Translations under genes and position numbers: made by a program
Source of the DNA: an uncultured Acidobacteriaceae bacterium
GTDB taxonomy: Bacteria; Acidobacteriota; Terriglobia; Terriglobales; Acidobacteriaceae
Direction of reading: 5' to 3'
Length of the DNA: 64,000 nt
Assembly (NCBI GenBank): GCA_963814015.1
Contig: CAWFBI010000007.1
Coordinates: 247,461-311,460, forward strand
Notes under the pieces: generated by a model
The model's input: the letters and a program-made list of their open reading frames with translations, nothing else
What the model was told of the DNA's origin: nothing
Databases searched by the model: none
In this document: piece after piece, positions 10,022 to 18,635 of the stretch
Layout of the letters: the number at the start of each line of letters is the position of its first letter
How positions within the stretch are numbered: position 1 is the first letter of the stretch

Positions 10022-10702
10022 CTATGCTTCGATCACCCTCGCCCCGTTGGGACCGGCTACAACCGCCACCGAGGCTAAGCCTAGAAACAGCCCGTGTTCG
10101 ACTACGCCCGTGATGCTCTTGATGGTGTGGGCCACAGCGGCGGGATCCGTGATCTCCCCGTAGTGGCAATCGAAGATGAAGTTGCCCTCGTCGGTGATGT
10201 AAGGCGAGCCGTCATGCCCGGCCCGCAGCACCGGGTGCGCCCCTATCTCCTCCAACTGTCTCTTGACCGGCGAGGCCGCGAACGGAATCACCTCGACCGG
10301 TAGCGGGAAGCGGCCAAGCCGCTCGACCAACTTGTGTTCATCAGCCACAATCACCAGCCGGCGCGAAGCGGCGGCCACAATCTTCTCGTGCAGCAGCGCG
10401 CCGCCACCGCCCTTGATCAACGCCAGGCCGGGAGCAACTTCGTCGGCGCCGTCGATGGTCACGTCGGTATACGCCACTTCATCGAAGCTGGTGAGCGGAA
10501 TCTTTAGCGAGCGCGCCAACTCGCCACTCGCTCGCGACGTGGGAATCCCGCGAATCTTCAACCCTTCGCGGACCTGCTGCCCGAGAAACTGGATGGCGAA
10601 GGTTGCAGTCGAGCCAGTGCCCAGTCCGACCACCATTCCATCCTTGACGTATTCCAGGCTCTTGCGCGCAGCGGCTGCCTTCTCGGTATCTGTCAGCGTC
10701 AT
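10022..10702 (-). CDS. rpiA: ribose-5-phosphate isomerase A
   Basis: 226-aa ORF with GLGTGSTA, IDGADE and KGGGGAL motifs. Confidence 0.95.
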   Translation of the reverse strand: MTLTDTEKAAAARKSLEYVKDGMVVGLGTGSTATFAIQFLGQQVREGLKIRGIPTSRASGELARSLKIPLTSFDEVAYTDVTIDGADEVAPGLALIKGGGGALLHEKIVAAASRRLVIVADEHKLVERLGRFPLPVEVIPFAASPVKRQLEEIGAHPVLRAGHDGSPYITDEGNFIFDCHYGEITDPAAVAHTIKSITGVVEHGLFLGLASVAVVAGPNGARVIEA

Positions 10703-10712
10703 GACCGGTTAC

Positions 10713-11258
10713 CTAAAGGTTGGCGCGCAACGCCCGGGAGTACATCAGCCGGGTGAAGCCGCTCATCAAGAGGTTGATGCCTACGATCGTTCCCAGAGCC
10801 CACACCGCGCTGGCCGGCCAGCTTCGCCAGATCATGAGAGCCAGTATCAGGGTCACGATGCCGTCGAAGAGAATCCAACCCGAACCGGGGGCACTCCTGA
10901 GTTGAAAATAAGTCACCAGGTGAAACACGCCTTCCACGAAGAACAGGACGGCCAGAGCCAGGGTGAGCGAGACCAGGCTCAACTTGGGGTTTATCAGCAG
11001 GTAGACGCCGGCAATCAGGTAGGCGCAGCCCACCAGCAAGCGCCAGAAGAACCCTCCGGTGCTGCGCGCCGCGAAGCTACCCGCGAGATGGGCGATGCCG
11101 GCCACAATGACCAGCACGGCCACAACGATGGCGATCGCAATGCCTGCCTCGAAGGGCAACGCCAGCGCAAAGAACCCGACAATGATAAGCAGAATGGCCC
11201 ACCAAGTGGGGAACGAAGCGCCTTTTCCTAACACACTGCCTGGCGACGATGTGACCAT
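10713..11258 (-). CDS. HdeD-family (DUF308) membrane protein
   Basis: 181-aa ORF with six hydrophobic helices and the repeated DUF308-like pattern (WWAILL..G..A...P). Confidence 0.75.
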   Translation of the reverse strand: MVTSSPGSVLGKGASFPTWWAILLIIVGFFALALPFEAGIAIAIVVAVLVIVAGIAHLAGSFAARSTGGFFWRLLVGCAYLIAGVYLLINPKLSLVSLTLALAVLFFVEGVFHLVTYFQLRSAPGSGWILFDGIVTLILALMIWRSWPASAVWALGTIVGINLLMSGFTRLMYSRALRANL

Positions 11259-11331
11259 GGTCTTGGCTCCTTTTGAGATTCGATAACGCCGCCACCAGCA
11301 TAACTGGAATTGCCGGCGGCAGGCAGCGTTT

Positions 11332-11890
11332 CTAACCGTTCACTGAGACTAATTCAGGCGCCAGCAACAAAGTGGTTGATTCCACGCCGGTCGCCAGGCG
11401 GGTTACGGCGAGCACCGTGATGTCGTCTCCTGCCCGAAGAGGACCGCAGACTCACTGGCCTGCCTGCATCTGGCTGGGTGGCAATCAGCTGCCGCATGCG
11501 CTCAAAGCTGCATACCTCGCCGGCAGCATTACAGGCTTCGAGTACGCCGTCGGTGTATAAGGTGAGCCGGCCCCCGACGCCAAGATGGATGGTTGTCTTC
11601 TCAAAGCCCGCAGCAGGCAGCAGGCCGAGCGGTAACGCGCCGGGCAGATCCACCTCCTGCTGCTTCAGGAAAGGTGCAGGATGTCCAGCAGTAGCCAGCA
11701 CGCATCCACCTTCCGGATCCAGGCGGAGAATCAGGCAGGCTACAAACCCGTTCTGCCGGCGGCCATACAAAGAAACGCCTAGCCACGATTGCAAGCATGA
11801 TACAGAGCTTAGACAGCAGCAGCGGAGCAGGGCCGCCGGGGCGGTGAAAAATGCAGCAGGCACGCGATATCCTAATTTCGATCTGCAACT
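11332..11890 (-). pseudogene. decayed SpoIIE/PP2C-type phosphatase fragment
   Basis: PPM/SpoIIE C-terminal motifs are split across three minus-strand frames: ..ATAGHPAPFL..LTLYTDGVLEA.N..GE.. in one frame, ASESAVLFGQ in a second, and GDDITVLAVTRL in a third (stop at 11332-11334). The N-terminal half is absent, and glnA starts at 11919. Confidence 0.65.
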
Positions 11891-11918
11891 ACCGCGAAAT
11901 CCACTCTGAAGGAGATCC

Positions 11919-13349
11919 ATGCCGAACGATTTGCGTAATTTTCTGACGCTCTCGTATGACGAACTCGAAGCGTTGAACCTGAAGGCGAAAGAGCAGCGGC
12001 GGAACCGTGTTCCTCTGGATAAGATCCGGGAAGAACGGCTCAAGTACCTCACCGACGAGAAGGGCATTAAGGCCGTCACCGTTCTCTTCAGCGACCTTGA
12101 AGGCCGTCTGCACATGCTCGACTACGACAAGAAATTCATCATCAAGAGCTGGGACAACCTCACCTTTGACGGCTCCTCGATCCGTGGATTTTCCGCTCAG
12201 CGGGAAAGCGACCTGCGGCTTGGAATCGACTGGAGCGCCTTTTATTGGGCGCCGGCTGATTTCTTCGGCGCCGGCAAAGTGATGGTCTTTGGCGAGGTCA
12301 TCGATAAGAGCGGAGCGGTGTATCCCGCGGATATACGGAGCGTGCTCAAATCTTTCGCGCTCGAACAGCACGAGAAGAACGGTTACACCCTCAACGCAGC
12401 CAACGAAATTGAAGGCTTTCTCTTTGAGGGGATCGACGCCGAGCGGCGCTACCCGGAGACAGGCAAGTTCGATTATGTCAACACCGGCGGGTACTATCAC
12501 TCGCTGCCCGGCGATCCCCTGCGCACCTTCATCGATACCAGTGCCGAAGTGCAGCGCGCGTTGGGGTTCGAGAATGAGAAGGACCACCCCGAGGTCGCGC
12601 CTTCGCAGTTTGAGATCAACTACGGCTACGGTGAAGTAGTCGCGGCCGCCGATCAGATCCAGCTCTACAAACTCATCTGCCGTCAGGTGGCAACCGGCAT
12701 GGGCTGCTCCGCCTCCTTTCTGCCTAAACCGGTGATTGGAGTCAACGGTAACGGCATGCACACCAACGTCTCCATCAGCAAAGACGGCAAGAACCTTTGC
12801 TGGGATCCCGACGGAGAAGAGAAACTCAGTCCGCTGGCCTGGTCGTTCATCGATCGCATTCTGTCCAGTGCCAACGATATTTGCCTGCTGTTGAACGCCA
12901 GTGTGAACGCCTATCGCCGGCTCGATCCGCATTTTGAAGCGCCGAATCAGATAAAGGCATCGCCCATCGATCGCGGATCCATGGTGCGGGTCCCCCTGGG
13001 CAACGAACGCAGCTCGCGGGTTGAAGTTCGCTCCGTTGGACCGGACGCCAATCCGTACCTGGTGATGTATTCCATCTTCCGCACCGGCATCGAGGGCGAG
13101 ATTTCGAAGATCAAGGACCTGCGCCAGGCCAAGCGCTACCTGCCAGACAACGTGTACACCGCGATCGATGATTTTCGCCGGTCCAAGTGGACAACGACCC
13201 TGCTGGGGGCCGATGTGAAAGCCCGTTACGCTGATCTCAAACAGGCCTCGGCGGACCGCTGTCCGCGATTGCTCGGCAACCTGATCAAGATTCCCGAGAT
13301 TCAATTCCATCACGACGTTTACAACCAGTTCCTGTGGAACCAGTTCTGA
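11919..13349 (+). CDS. glnA: glutamine synthetase (GlnA family)
   Basis: 476-aa ORF with a beta-grasp N-domain (FSDLEGRLH), the catalytic-domain motif NGNGMHTNVS, and a strong SD GAAGGAG before the ATG. Confidence 0.9.
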   Translation: MPNDLRNFLTLSYDELEALNLKAKEQRRNRVPLDKIREERLKYLTDEKGIKAVTVLFSDLEGRLHMLDYDKKFIIKSWDNLTFDGSSIRGFSAQRESDLRLGIDWSAFYWAPADFFGAGKVMVFGEVIDKSGAVYPADIRSVLKSFALEQHEKNGYTLNAANEIEGFLFEGIDAERRYPETGKFDYVNTGGYYHSLPGDPLRTFIDTSAEVQRALGFENEKDHPEVAPSQFEINYGYGEVVAAADQIQLYKLICRQVATGMGCSASFLPKPVIGVNGNGMHTNVSISKDGKNLCWDPDGEEKLSPLAWSFIDRILSSANDICLLLNASVNAYRRLDPHFEAPNQIKASPIDRGSMVRVPLGNERSSRVEVRSVGPDANPYLVMYSIFRTGIEGEISKIKDLRQAKRYLPDNVYTAIDDFRRSKWTTTLLGADVKARYADLKQASADRCPRLLGNLIKIPEIQFHHDVYNQFLWNQF

Positions 13350-13573
13350 TCGGACGCCGGTGAACCGGGTCCTGCGTTCTCCGCTACACTGGGCGGCGCA
13401 TCGCATCCGGATTTCCTGCGCAGGGTTGGATCACGCGGCGTGTGCGGTTGTCTTAACAAGGAACAAGACTGCGAAGGGGACGGGCTTTAGCCCGTCCGTT
13501 AGCGGACCAGAATTGAGGGCTAAAGAGTCTGCGTGGGAACCGGAGAAAGGAAACAGCAGGTCCACTACGCTAC

Positions 13574-13680
13574 CCTGGATTTCCTGTCGAGGTTGACGGC
13601 GTTTAGGAACTTCATGCGGCTCTCTTTGCGAAGAGCCGCACACGCGGCCTTGTCAAGTGCTGCGAAGCAGGAAATCCGGG
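13574..13680 (-). repeat. 107-bp palindromic unit with terminal inverted repeats (copy B1, inverted orientation)
   Basis: CCTGGATTTCCTG at 13574-13586 and CAGGAAATCCGGG at 13668-13680. The interior matches the reverse complement of copy A2 almost base for base. Confidence 0.85.
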
Positions 13681-13887
13681 TGCGCTGCGGCCGGGATGAC
13701 AATTCATTTGGAGGATTTAGGGTCTCTCACCCGAAGCTATTGCTTGAGGACCTGGCGAAATCGTCATCCCGACCTGAGGAGTCATGGGTCTTTGGGCCCA
13801 CCCAAGTCGATGAAAAGCGGCTTCCTTTTCGCAACTACTCTCCATGGATGCGCTGCCCTCCCCTTTTGTCATCTCGACCGAAGCGTA

Positions 13888-13994
13888 CCCGGATTTTCTG
13901 CTACGCTGCACCGGACACGACCAAGTATGCGGCTTTCATTGAGGAAAGCCGCAAGTAGCTCGCCAACGCCACCAACCTCAACAGGAAATCCGGG
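13888..13994 (+). repeat. 107-bp palindromic unit with terminal inverted repeats (copy B2)
   Basis: CCCGGATTTTCTG at 13888-13900 and CAGGAAATCCGGG at 13982-13994, followed by the GTAGCGCAGTGGAGAGATC tail module. Confidence 0.8.
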
Positions 13995-14302
13995 GTAGCG
14001 CAGTGGAGAGATCTCTGTGTGGACGCTCTGGCGTGGAAATGTTTTTTGGACAAGAGCGTAGCGTAGTGGAGAGATCTGCGGTTTCCTTTCTCCTGTTCTC
14101 ACGCAGCCTCTTCATAGGAAACAAAGCCCCAGGGCTGAAGCCCAATGACTATGCTGGATGGATGTGCGGGCTAAAACCCCACGCAACAAAGGCACAGCCC
14201 CATTTCATCCCTGTGGGTCGGCAACGCCGGTGCGTGGCTTTATGGAATGGCGCATGGGGTTTATGACGCCGACAGGTTCAACAGGAGATCCGGGGAGAGA
14301 TT

Positions 14303-15796
14303 ATGAGCATTAAGCTGCTAGGCATCGATGTGGGCACGGGAGGGACGCGCGCCCTGCTGATCGACGAATCAGGCGCGGTCATCGCCTCGGCCATCCACGA
14401 ACACCAACCCTTTGCTTCCCCACGCAGCGGGTGGGCGGAGCAGGATCCGCACGACTGGTGGAAGGCCTGTCAGGGCGCCGTCACCAAGCTGCTCAGGGAT
14501 TCGTCGATCGCAGCCTCGGAGATCGCATGTATCGGCCTCAGCGGCCAAATGCACGGCGCGGTGCTGTTGGACAGCAGCAACCAGGTCCTGCGGCCTGCGC
14601 TCATCTGGTGCGATCAGCGCACGGCGGCTGAGTGCCGCTATCTCAACGACACCATTGGCCCGCAACGCCTGGTTGAGCTGACTTCCAATCCCGCGCTCAC
14701 TAACTTCACCCTCACCAAGCTGCTATGGGTGCGGACCCACGAACCCGAGATCTGGAAACGATTTCACAGTTTTTTGTTGCCCAAAGATTACATTCGCCTC
14801 TGCCTCACTGGAGTGCGTGCGATCGACGTTGCCGACGCCTCGGGCACGCTGCTGCTCGACGTAGCGCACCGGCGCTGGTCCGATGCCATGCTGCAGGCGG
14901 TCGGTCTCAGCCCCGACTGCCTCCCTGCTCTCTACGAATCGCAGCAGATCGTAGGCCAGGTGACGGAGTCCGCCGCCGCCACCACGGGGCTCAAGGCCGG
15001 TACTCCGGTGGTTGCGGGTGCTGGCGATCAGGCTGCGGGCGCAACCGGGATGGGCATTGTTCGTCCGGGCGACGTCAGCGCGACCATTGGCACTTCGGGG
15101 GTTGTGTTCGCTGCCTCCGACGCCCCGGTTACCGACCCCCTGGGACGGCTGCACACCTTCTGCCATGCGATACCCAGCCGGTGGCATGTGATGGGGGTGA
15201 CCCAGGCCGCCGGCCTTTCGCTGCGCTGGTTTCGCGACAACTTCGCGGCTTCCGCCGAATCTTACGACCAGCTGAGCTCAGAGGCGGCTCAGGTTCCTCC
15301 CGGTGCCGGCGGAGTGCTCTGGGCGCCGTATCTTATGGGAGAACGCACACCACACCTGGACCCCGACGCCCGCGCCGCATTGGTTGGTTTAGCTGCTGAC
15401 CACACCCGGGCTAACGTAGTTCGGGCGATTCTCGAGGGTGTCGCCTTCAGCCTGAAAGATACGCTGACGATCTTCAAGGAGCTGGGCATCCCGGTGAAGG
15501 CCATTCGCCTGGGCGGAGGCGGTGCACGCTCGCCCCTCTGGCGGCAAATCCAGGCTGATGTCTATGGCCAGGCGGTCGAGACCGTGCAGGCGGAAGAAGG
15601 TGCCGCTTACGGAGCCGCGCTGCTGGCCGGCGTTGGCGCCGGCGTCTGGGCTTCGGTGGATGCCGCCTGCGACGCTGTGGTGCACGTAGACAAACGCATA
15701 GCTGCTGACAAGAACGGGGTAAGCGTGCTGCAGGAGAGCTACGTCAAATACCGCCGGATTTACCCGGCCTTGCGGAGCATCAACGCAAACCAGTAG
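14303..15796 (+). CDS. xylB: xylulokinase (FGGY family)
   Basis: 497-aa ORF with LGIDVGTGGTRALL, the SGQMHG motif and a C-terminal FGGY domain (GGGARSPLWRQI). Confidence 0.9.
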   Translation: MSIKLLGIDVGTGGTRALLIDESGAVIASAIHEHQPFASPRSGWAEQDPHDWWKACQGAVTKLLRDSSIAASEIACIGLSGQMHGAVLLDSSNQVLRPALIWCDQRTAAECRYLNDTIGPQRLVELTSNPALTNFTLTKLLWVRTHEPEIWKRFHSFLLPKDYIRLCLTGVRAIDVADASGTLLLDVAHRRWSDAMLQAVGLSPDCLPALYESQQIVGQVTESAAATTGLKAGTPVVAGAGDQAAGATGMGIVRPGDVSATIGTSGVVFAASDAPVTDPLGRLHTFCHAIPSRWHVMGVTQAAGLSLRWFRDNFAASAESYDQLSSEAAQVPPGAGGVLWAPYLMGERTPHLDPDARAALVGLAADHTRANVVRAILEGVAFSLKDTLTIFKELGIPVKAIRLGGGGARSPLWRQIQADVYGQAVETVQAEEGAAYGAALLAGVGAGVWASVDAACDAVVHVDKRIAADKNGVSVLQESYVKYRRIYPALRSINANQ

Positions 15797-16025
15797 GCTC
15801 GCGGCCGGGGTGGCCCGCTGTTCCCGGGTTAGGGGATGATGCCCTGTTTTGGCCTGTACACCTTCCGTGTCAATTCAGGCCGATTTTGTTGCTTATCAGG
15901 TACCGTCAAATCCACCGGTCAGGGTAAAGGTGGCAGGCTCGCCATTAAACTTGGAAGATGGCCCGGTTTCCGATTTTCGCAGGCGTGTCGAAAGCTCTTC
16001 CGGAGCGCGAGGTGTGTGCGCCTTA

Positions 16026-16928
16026 ATGGAACCCACCCTGGTTGCCGCACCACCTGAAACAACATCCTTCCGCGATACCGTACTCACGCGCAGAAACTTC
16101 TTCTGGCTGGCCGCTGGCTCTGCCGCCGGCCTGGCGTTTTATGCCGGTGAGATCGCGCGCCACGAACTGGAAATCACCTACCACACCATCACGCTCCCCC
16201 GATTACCCGACGCCTTCGCCGGCATGAGGATCGTGCAAATCAGCGATTTTCATTTCCGGGAATACACCGAAGCGACCTTTCTGGAGGCGGTCGTCCGCAG
16301 GGTTAACGCACTGGCTCCTGAGCTGGTCGTGCTGACAGGAGACTTCGTCAGCTCCAAGCCGCTGCCGCGGCATATTGCCATTAAGCTGGGCTACCACTGC
16401 GCCGAACTTCTTGGCCGCATCGAATGCCCGCTGCGCTACGCGGTCATGGGTAACCACGACGCCCTGGTCGGCCCCCTGGCAATCACCGATGCCCTGCACA
16501 CCTACGGCATTCCCGTGCTGGCAAACATTTCTGTGCCCCTCGAACGCAACGGGCAGCGCATTTGGCTCGCGGGCATCAAGGATGCTCTCGAGCAGAGGCC
16601 TAGCCTGGCCACCGCCCTTCCGGCCGGCAGAAGACCCGAACACGAACCTCTCATCCTGCTGGCGCACGAGCCCGATTTCGCGGACTATGCTGTCGGACGC
16701 CAGATCGACCTCGTTCTCTCCGGACATACCCACGGGGGCCAGATCCTTCTCCCGTTCCTGCCGCCGCTCCTCCTCCCGGACATGGGAACCCGGTACGTGC
16801 ATGGGCTTTTCAGGCTCCAGGACGGCATGCAGCTCTACGTCAATCGCGGCATCGGTGCAGTCACTCTGCCTTTTCGCTTCCGCTGCCCCCCTGAAATCAC
16901 CGTCATCACCCTTCAACCGGGCTCTTAA
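16026..16928 (+). CDS. metallophosphoesterase with Tat-type signal
   Basis: RRNFFWLAAGSAAGLAF signal, then calcineurin-like motifs (ISDFH, GDFV, GNHD, GHTHGG). ATG 16026 preferred over the 15849 start. Confidence 0.85.
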   Translation: MEPTLVAAPPETTSFRDTVLTRRNFFWLAAGSAAGLAFYAGEIARHELEITYHTITLPRLPDAFAGMRIVQISDFHFREYTEATFLEAVVRRVNALAPELVVLTGDFVSSKPLPRHIAIKLGYHCAELLGRIECPLRYAVMGNHDALVGPLAITDALHTYGIPVLANISVPLERNGQRIWLAGIKDALEQRPSLATALPAGRRPEHEPLILLAHEPDFADYAVGRQIDLVLSGHTHGGQILLPFLPPLLLPDMGTRYVHGLFRLQDGMQLYVNRGIGAVTLPFRFRCPPEITVITLQPGS

Positions 16929-16986
16929 CCTCTCAAAAAAATATCTAGTAAAGTTCGCTTGACATTGGATGCGCCAATGAGTCATG

Positions 16987-17006
16987 TTTACATTACATTT
17001 TGTAAA
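16987..17006. promoter_or_regulatory. candidate operator palindrome TTTACA-N8-TGTAAA
   Basis: Perfect 6-bp arms, 12 nt upstream of the ATG of the membrane-protein/XRE pair and abutting its SD (AAAGGAG). Confidence 0.3.
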
Positions 17007-17018
17007 GGAGACAAGACT

Positions 17019-17423
17019 ATGGAGTTCCTATCCCGAAACCCAGCCATCCAGCGGTATCGTCGCCGTTTCTTTCCGGCCATGGCACTTTACGTGTTGTGCC
17101 TGACGGCCTCAGTTTGGATCTTCTCCCGGTACCATCCCACTGGTGCGCTTGCTTACCTGCTTGCTCTGCTGCCGGCCATTCCGATCGTTGGCGTCATCGT
17201 GACCATCGGCCTCTATCTTGCAGATGAGAAGGATGCGTTCCAGCGAAATCTCATTGTCCAGTCGATGATCTGGAGCATGGGCGGCGTACTCGCAGCCACG
17301 ACGGTATGGGGTTTTCTGGAGATGTTTGTCAGAGTTCCCCACCTGGCGCCGTACCTTGTCTTTCCCCTCTTCTGGTTTTTCGTTGGCGTCTCTGGCTGCA
17401 TTCTTCGGGTGAGATACAGATGA
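17019..17423 (+). CDS. small integral membrane protein (4 TM)
   Basis: ATG 17019 is preceded by SD AAAGGAGA. The protein is hydrophobic, and its stop overlaps the next start (ATGA at 17420-17423). Confidence 0.7.
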   Translation: MEFLSRNPAIQRYRRRFFPAMALYVLCLTASVWIFSRYHPTGALAYLLALLPAIPIVGVIVTIGLYLADEKDAFQRNLIVQSMIWSMGGVLAATTVWGFLEMFVRVPHLAPYLVFPLFWFFVGVSGCILRVRYR

Positions 17424-17614
17424 AGAATCAGCTCCGCGTTCTGCGTGCACAACGCAATTGGTCCCAGGCGGATCTTGCGGATCGCCTGGGTGTATCGCGA
17501 CAGTCAGTGAACGCCATCGAGACGGGGAAGTTTGATCCGAGTCTTCCCCTCGCTTTCAAGCTCGCGAATCTATTTGAGACTACGATTGAGGCGATTTTTA
17601 TAAATGAGAGATAG
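17420..17614 (+). CDS. XRE-family helix-turn-helix transcriptional regulator (64 aa)
   Basis: MKNQLRVLRAQRNWSQADLADRLGVSRQSVNAIETGKFDPSL.. is a canonical Cro/C1 HTH. Translationally coupled to the upstream membrane protein. Confidence 0.9.
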   Translation: MKNQLRVLRAQRNWSQADLADRLGVSRQSVNAIETGKFDPSLPLAFKLANLFETTIEAIFINER

Positions 17615-17890
17615 ATCGGACATCGTCTGTTGAATGGAATCGGCAAACGAACGCACTCTGTCCACTCTTTCGTGTACTCTACCGCCCTGTTCTGCAGCTT
17701 ACCCGGGTAATCGAGTGGGGCAAAAAAGCCCCAAATTTAGCCCAAATCTGGCCCAAAAGGCTGACCGATTTGACACTATCGTAGTACCGTTGAGGGAATG
17801 TCTCGCATGTTACTCGACGTAAGTTGTACTTAACGGTTGAGACACCTCATGATCTTCCCGCTACACTCAGTATCTGAAAGGGGACACACC

Positions 17891-18127
17891 ATGAGCGTAC
17901 AGACATTTCCAAACTTAGTAGAGCAATCGATGAGACCGGAGTTGCGCATCGTGCGCGGAGCGGAGTCAATCGTCTCCCTGAAGGTCGCCGATGTTTGCGT
18001 GGATAATCCGGAGCAGCTTTACTACGAGGACAAACTGGGATGCGCGCGCGGCATAGTTTTTGCCTTCGCCTTCCAGGGAGCAATGGTAGCCGTCGCCGCT
18101 GCGTGCTGGAAGCTCTTGCTCCACTAG
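17891..18127 (+). CDS. hypothetical small protein with C-terminal TM helix
   Basis: ATG 17891 is preceded by SD GAAAGGGGA. 78 aa with no recognisable family. Confidence 0.35.
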   Translation: MSVQTFPNLVEQSMRPELRIVRGAESIVSLKVADVCVDNPEQLYYEDKLGCARGIVFAFAFQGAMVAVAAACWKLLLH

Positions 18128-18167
18128 AGAGTTTGTGAGCAAAGAATTGCTCTAATGACTGCGCGGA

Positions 18168-18623
18168 TCAAATCACCTTCTCCATAACCTCGGCGTCGAC
18201 CCTCCCCCCATAGTACTTCGAGATCCTTCCCCTGGTGACAAAGCCAAGCCCCCGATAGAACTGGCGTGCGGCAGAATTGTTTTCCGCCACTTCCAGGCTC
18301 ATCACTCCGGCGCCTTCCTGCTTCATCTGCTCTTCAGCAGTTTGCATCAGCAGCGTGCCCAGGCCGCGGCGTCGCTCAGCAGGGTCCACATCCAGAGTTA
18401 CGATGTGGCCGGCCTGGCGACCTTCACGGTTGGCGCGCTCAATGATGACGAAACCGGCCAGCTTGTTCTCGGGTTGCTCAGCAATCCAGCATGAACAATT
18501 GGGATGGGTCAGGAAATAGTGCAGCTCTGCTTTGGAGTAGGCAACCTCCCGCGAAAAACAGACCCGGTCGAGCTGGTGCAGCCCGGCCAGGTCTCGCATT
18601 TGAAAGCTACGCAGCTGAATCAT
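18168..18623 (-). CDS. GNAT-family N-acetyltransferase (RimI-like)
   Basis: 151-aa ORF with the acetyl-CoA binding motif RRRGLGTLLM. Lies 12 nt downstream of the BNR-repeat gene. Confidence 0.85.
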   Translation of the reverse strand: MIQLRSFQMRDLAGLHQLDRVCFSREVAYSKAELHYFLTHPNCSCWIAEQPENKLAGFVIIERANREGRQAGHIVTLDVDPAERRRGLGTLLMQTAEEQMKQEGAGVMSLEVAENNSAARQFYRGLGFVTRGRISKYYGGRVDAEVMEKVI

Positions 18624-18635
18624 ACCCCGGGGAGT

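Larger units (their letters stand above)
13350..14302. repeat. ~950-bp mosaic of interspersed repeat modules (non-coding)
   Basis: Contains two complete TIR-bounded units, truncated units (13407-, 14282-14295), the 9567-9679-type module (about 13762-13887), tail modules and a GGGC-TTTA-GCCC hairpin (13479-13496). Confidence 0.85.

Noticed and set aside
10263-11231. 322-aa plus-strand ORF
   Set aside because: It is antisense to rpiA and the HdeD-like gene and has a low-complexity S/A/P/R composition.
11855-11880. Possible sigma-54 promoter upstream of glnA (GGCACG)
   Set aside because: The -24-like GGCACG is present, but the -12 element at the required spacing reads ATCC rather than TTGC. 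It is not convincing by eye.
11889-13406. 505-aa ORF on the minus strand
   Set aside because: It is exactly antisense to the well-supported glnA gene. It has a G/V/A/R-rich shadow composition typical of GC-rich antisense frames and contains no motifs.
13533-14102. Several 60-140-aa ORFs inside the glnA-xylB spacer (also 9507-9922 in the Kir-rpiA spacer)
   Set aside because: They are encoded entirely by interspersed repeat modules present in both orientations. They have no SD and no consistent frame between copies.
9505-14302. Possible CRISPR array, because of the many short repeated segments
   Set aside because: The repeats are 85-110-bp modules in mixed orientation. They lack the regular 25-40-bp repeat/spacer periodicity of CRISPR arrays, there is no leader, and there are no cas genes in the window.
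16203-16985. 260-aa minus-strand ORF
   Set aside because: It is antisense to the metallophosphoesterase gene, which carries the GDFV/GNHD/GHTHGG motifs.
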